This document shows positions 61,073-64,000 of a DNA stretch of 64,000 bases, in pieces (the first letter of the stretch is position 1; the number at the start of each line of letters is the position of its first letter). Both the position numbers and the translations under genes were made by a program. The notes under the pieces were generated by a model. It saw nothing but the letters and a program-made list of their open reading frames with translations. It was not told the DNA's origin and did not search any database. Source of the DNA: Mytilus edulis (lineage: Eukaryota); NCBI RefSeq assembly GCF_963676685.1, contig NC_092345.1, positions 19,282,001 through 19,346,000 of the forward strand, read 5' to 3'.

Positions 61073-61884
61073 ACTAAAAGTTAGCACATGTTTGATTTTT
61101 CTTTAGCTATAAACAATCCTTATCTAAGGTATTTGTTAAACTTTTGTCTTGGGTTAAGGTAGGGTTGAGTGCTCACATGTAAGTCAGTCCCACCATATTC
61201 TTTTTGTCCCTATATGGAGTCGGGAGTTTATAGTCAGGTATTTGTCGTTTTTTGCTGCCCATCATAATTGTGTTTTTTTTATAAATATAGACAGCCATTG
61301 CTTTCTTTGTTGAATTGTTTTTAAATTTTGTCATCCAGGACCTTTAAAAACGAGTAGCATAATATACCAAAAAGTAAAATCACAAAAATGCTGAACTCAG
61401 AGGAAAATTCAAATAGTAAAATCCCTAATCAAATGGCAAACTCACATACTGAAACACATCAAATGAATGGATTACAACTGTCATATTCCTGACTTGGTAC
61501 AGGCATTTTCAAACTTTAGTTGAAAATAAAGTGACAACAAAATGGAAACAACCAAAAGACAAACAACAGCAAACAGAACAAAAAATTTCTTATATAGGTA
61601 TGGGTATTGGTTTTGGTCATTGTTGAAGTCCATACAGTAACCAGATGTTTAAATCCTTGTCCCTTTGTCATATTGTCGGTTTGATATTTTCATAATTTTT
61701 AGATTAAAACACACATTTAGTTTTCTCTGTTGTATTGTTTCACAATTTGTTATTCAGGGCCTGTTAAAGCTTACTTTACGGTACATATTTACACATTATT
61801 GGAGATTTTATGGTGATCTGTTGATGTTCACATTCATGCCCTGGATAGAACTGGTCACTTGGCAATCAAACCTCATCTCCTTAT

Positions 61885-62100
61885 TTTAGTCCCCTACAGA
61901 GGATGTTGAAGGGGACTTTAGGTTTGCACTCTGTTTGTCTGTCTGTCCATCCATCAGTTCAGAAAATCAGTTTTCCACACTTTGTTTAGTACTTGGAGAT
62001 ATTGATTTGATGTTTGGTATATAGTTTTATCACGACCAGTTTGTTTAATTTGAATTTTGTTCTGGGCTGATGATTTTGTTCAGAGTTATGATCCTTAGAA
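61885..62100 (+). mobile_element. HINE-type 5' end fragment
   Basis: ttttagtcccct ... aggggact inverted pair followed by a gtct/ccat microsatellite. Confidence 0.55.
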
Positions 62101-62585
62101 AAAAATCAAACTTGTTTTTTCTCATTTGAATTATTTCAGAAGTTGGCCTATTAAAGCATACTATACAGAAAAAATATTGCTCATGGTTGAAGCCTGACCT
62201 GTTGTTATTTTTACTATATCTGGTGCTAAACCTTCATCAGAAATAGTCAAACCCAAACAAATATGAAAAAAAATCTGAAATACATAAGAGCATTATGACC
62301 TGAAGTTACCTAAAAATTAATATAATCAATTTTGACTTGAGGGCTAATAATAATATCAATATTACTCAATCTGTAGGAACAAAATCATTTTAAGTCAGGG
62401 TTTACTAGCACTATGGTCATAAGCAGGGCATACATAAAACATGATAAATAAACTACTTATGACAGCTAAATATTTTCCCCCTAACAGCAATTGGAAATGG
62501 TTTAGAACTTGACCACAAAAGGTTAACCATGACCAATGATCCATAAAATGAGACCATACATTTCATCTCTGCCAAACTGACAAGT

Positions 62586-63413
62586 AGACCTTGGAATGAT
62601 TGTTTACATACTGAAAAAACTTGGGCATAGGACATTTGAGCGAAAAAGAAAAAAGCACATAGGGTCATTTGAGCGCCGACTTCATAGGACATTTGAGCGC
62701 CGGGATATTAACCTTACCTGAGTTTTCAGACAGGACATTTGAGCGAAATTTTCCCTGATAATTTTACACGAATTAAGATTTTTTTTTAAAAGTACTTTTA
62801 GAAGGAGAAGGAACAGAATCTCCGGGATTTGCATTCGAAATACTGCCAGCAGGAAATTACGAGGGATTTTTATGTCAGAAGCCTGGGATATAAGTTCCAA
62901 GCCCGAACAGACTTGTAAATAATGCCGTTGCCGAGTTTTATGTTTTATGACAGTGCTTTGTTTTTAGTGCTTTGTTTACAATTAAAAGATGTTTTAATCT
63001 TTTTGTTGGTAAACTCCTGTTTTATGACTGTGCTTTGTTTTTAGTGCTTTGTTTTTTACAATTAAAATATGTTTTAATCTTTTTGTTGGTAAACTCCTCA
63101 TTTAATGAACTATATTCGTAAGAAAATGTGGTATGATTGCCAATAAGACAATTCTCTATCCAAGACTTGTTTTCGCTCAAATGTCCTACGCTTATTCTTA
63201 TTTTCGCTCAAATGTCCTAAAATTTAGGCGCTCAAATGTCCTATACTTTGGCGCTCAAACGTCCTTTTTTTTTCGCTCAAATGTCCTGTCAATGCGCTCA
63301 AATGTCCATTGCCGAAAAACTTGTCCTTAGACCTTGGAATGATTGTTTACATACTGAAAAAACTTGTCCTTAGACCTTGGAATGATTGTTTACATACTGA
63401 AAAAACTTGTCCT
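62586..63413. repeat. 43-bp tandem repeat x3, first unit split by the MITE
   Basis: agaccttggaatgattgtttacatactgaaaaaacttgtcctt at 62586, 63329 and 63372. Confidence 0.93.
62624..63314. mobile_element. Foldback/MULE-like MITE with subterminal repeats and 8-9-bp TSD
   Basis: ggacatttgagcg repeats at left and cgctcaaatgtcc repeats at right; flanks AAAAACTT(G) at 62615-62623 and 63315-63323; internal ~75-bp duplication. Confidence 0.85.
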
Positions 63414-64000
63414 ATCAATCTAATAAGTAAGAAAATGACAAAAATTATAAACATATTGATATAAGAAGATGAAAAGTGGTATTATTGCCAATGAGGCAAC
63501 CTTCCAACAGAGACAAAATGAAGCAGTTTTAAACAACTATAGGTCACTGTATGACCTTCAACAATGAGGAAAACCAATACTGCATAATGAACAACAAAAG
63601 GTCAAGAGAAAACAAATATTTTTTTAAACATTAGCTGAACCATGAGAAGAATGCCAAAAATAACCAGCCCATGGCAGATGGAACTTCACAACATAAAGCA
63701 TATGCTTAAAAGTTCTGAGATTCCCAGATTCTCTAACTTTTTTAAGACAAATAGTTAAAGTCCTTGGATAAGCATTCCTTTGACTTAAAAAACATTAACA
63801 AAATGACATGTATCCATTTATTTATTCTTATTTACGAATATAATATTATATTTGGTTCTTGCAAATAGAGCAAGCACTTGCACTAGATTGCAGTTGCCAG
63901 TGAAAGTGTGCAACCATCTGGTGGGCAGTTGTCTAATTGGCAATCATACTGCAAGTTTGTACACATTTCTTATTTGTTTTGTTCTGCAATGGAAAATCGT

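Overview
AT-rich eukaryotic (animal) genomic DNA. The repeat families and collagen type point to a bivalve mollusc, probably a Mytilus mussel (inference). Two host genes lie on the + strand. The first is a BTB-BACK-Kelch protein with an intronless CDS (11788-13581). The second is a complete fibrillar procollagen alpha chain that the ORF track largely misses. I reconstructed it by hand as 49 GT-AG coding exons (30689-60447, 1442 aa): signal peptide, truncated 6-Cys VWC module, minor helix, a 1014-residue main helix with one Gly->Ala at position 598, and a 6-Cys COLFI C-propeptide. The rest is layered mobile DNA: Penelope-like RT relics, a decayed RLE-type non-LTR retrotransposon, nested Helentron-derived HINEs, several MITEs and minisatellites. 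The most notable non-coding signal is a ~350-bp-period retrozyme-like repeat inside the non-LTR element. It carries two type I hammerhead ribozyme motifs, each damaged, that could complement each other as a dimer. Other leads are miR-29/miR-92 seed sites and a uORF/stem-loop in the collagen UTRs, duplicated decoy splice acceptors, and four MITEs sharing GAG termini and 5-6-bp TSDs. Coordinates were counted by hand and no database searches were run.
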